Source of the DNA: Stylophora pistillata
Lineage: Eukaryota
NCBI RefSeq assembly: GCF_002571385.2
Contig: NW_019217982.1
Location: forward strand, 47,715-111,543
Direction of reading: 5' to 3'
Length of the DNA: 63,829 nt
The position numbers were made by a program, and so were the translations under genes. A model generated the notes under the pieces. The model ran no database searches. It was not told the origin of the DNA and saw only the letters and a list, made by a program, of their open reading frames with translations. Below are positions 62,521 through 63,829 of the stretch, piece by piece; the stretch's first letter is position 1; each line of letters starts with the position of its first letter.

Positions 62521-63829
62521 TATAGAGCCCGAAAAAATGGGTTTTATTGCTTTCATGACATAACTAGCTATATGCGGGCCCTATAACCTGATAAGGCATC
62601 CGCTTGGAAACTGAATTGACCACTCAGACGATGCATAGTATGTTCATTTATGTTTCAAAATTAAAAAGAGAAGGATCAATTTGGTTTCGGGGATTTGCCG
62701 TAGTGGGAGGTTTACAATTACTACTTAAATTGAGCATTGTCCTTACTATGGATATGACTAATATCCATAATAATGGATAATAATATGTAATAATATAATT
62801 AAAATGTAATCAATATGCATGTATTGTTAAAGTATTTGCATAGATATATGTAGTTTATCATAATTATAATATGGGGTATGGTCAATATGGGGATTAAGTT
62901 CCTCCCTCTATAACCCAATTGTAATGTAATGTAATGTAATTTAATTTAATGTGAATTACGATTACGATTACAATAAAGCTGTTATATAATATCATACGAT
63001 CACTATTATGAGGGTGTGAATGGCATTATCCGATAGCTGAGATTTGGCCGAAATGTTAAATGTTATCTGAGAAACAATGTGTTTTTTTAACAGATAGCTG
63101 AGAATTTTTCATTTACTGTCATATGAGATCGGGAAATTGTGTCTGGATATCATTTGGAATTTTCCAAAGAAATAGGCGAGTTTTAGCATGGATAAACCAT
63201 TGAGTCCCATTGCACTGCGTTACGAAGCTTTCACTACAAGAGTTGCGTGACAAGATCCCATTTCAATCCAGACAATTCGAGTATGGGTTGACCTTGCGCC
63301 CCTAGGCACGATTATGACTTCAGATTTGCAGAGCTAACTGTGATCACAGACAGCGAGGAATGCAACAAAAGTGCACTTTTAGAGCTAAATTCGTTGGCAG
63401 AAGAGGATTACTTGCCACCGGAGCTCGCCCTTCTTAGGGAAGTGTCTAAAGTGTAGTTGGTCTGACTGGTTCTTAAACTTGGACGGAGAAAGAAGTGTCC
63501 TAATTCGTACGTTGCGTGACACGGCTGATTCTGATACCAAAACAAAGCTAAGAAAGTTGCTGTCACTGAAATGCGTGCGAAACAAAAATAGAATGGCTGT
63601 GGAGCCTATTGTCCACCTTACGCGCCCCGACGTTCTCATTATTTTAGAAAACATTGGGCTTGTTGTGCACACATTGGTTCCTGAGAAATAGCGATTGTGG
63701 AACAGTAATCTTACGGGTGGCTGTAGGACCTTCAGGAACTATTCTCGCAGATGATTACGATTTTGACACCCTAACCTCAAATCTAGTTACCATACGTCTT
63801 CACCAGTCATGTAACGATACGCAGTACTC

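Noticed and set aside
63385-63829. ORFs or a further upstream exon of the adhesion GPCR at the window end
   Set aside because: No motif-bearing, stop-free frame with convincing splice sites; probably repeat-derived.

Overview
Eukaryotic, intron-rich, AT-rich animal DNA; the repeat families and GPCR types look like a stony coral or other cnidarian (inference). I reconstructed five protein-coding genes by hand from GT-AG boundaries and reading phase. (1) The 3' part of a cytosolic sulfotransferase (+). (2) An 11-exon, ~1,441-aa minus-strand gene joining an N-terminal FHA domain, nine C2HC UBZ/Rad18-type zinc fingers and a C-terminal DUF3626-like domain whose H/Y/E motif order suggests an ADP-ribosyltransferase fold. 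This is the best candidate for an undescribed system. (3) A WDR97-like WD40 gene (+), head-to-head with gene 2, with exon(s) probably lost at an assembly N-join. (4) A long minus-strand adhesion GPCR (Gly-rich repeats, WSC, mucin stalk, GAIN/GPS, 7TM) with two in-frame TAA stops in ectodomain exons. (5) An intronless rhodopsin-class GPCR nested in an intron of gene 4. Mobile and non-coding elements: an AcademH-like element (9-bp TSD, ~600-bp TIRs, RecQ-helicase relic), a Kolobok-like TTAA element inserted exactly at the stop codon of gene 2, Penelope-type minimal hammerhead motifs, tRNA-derived SINEs, MITEs, a 49-bp-stem hairpin and minisatellites. Family assignments come from motif recognition, not database searches.
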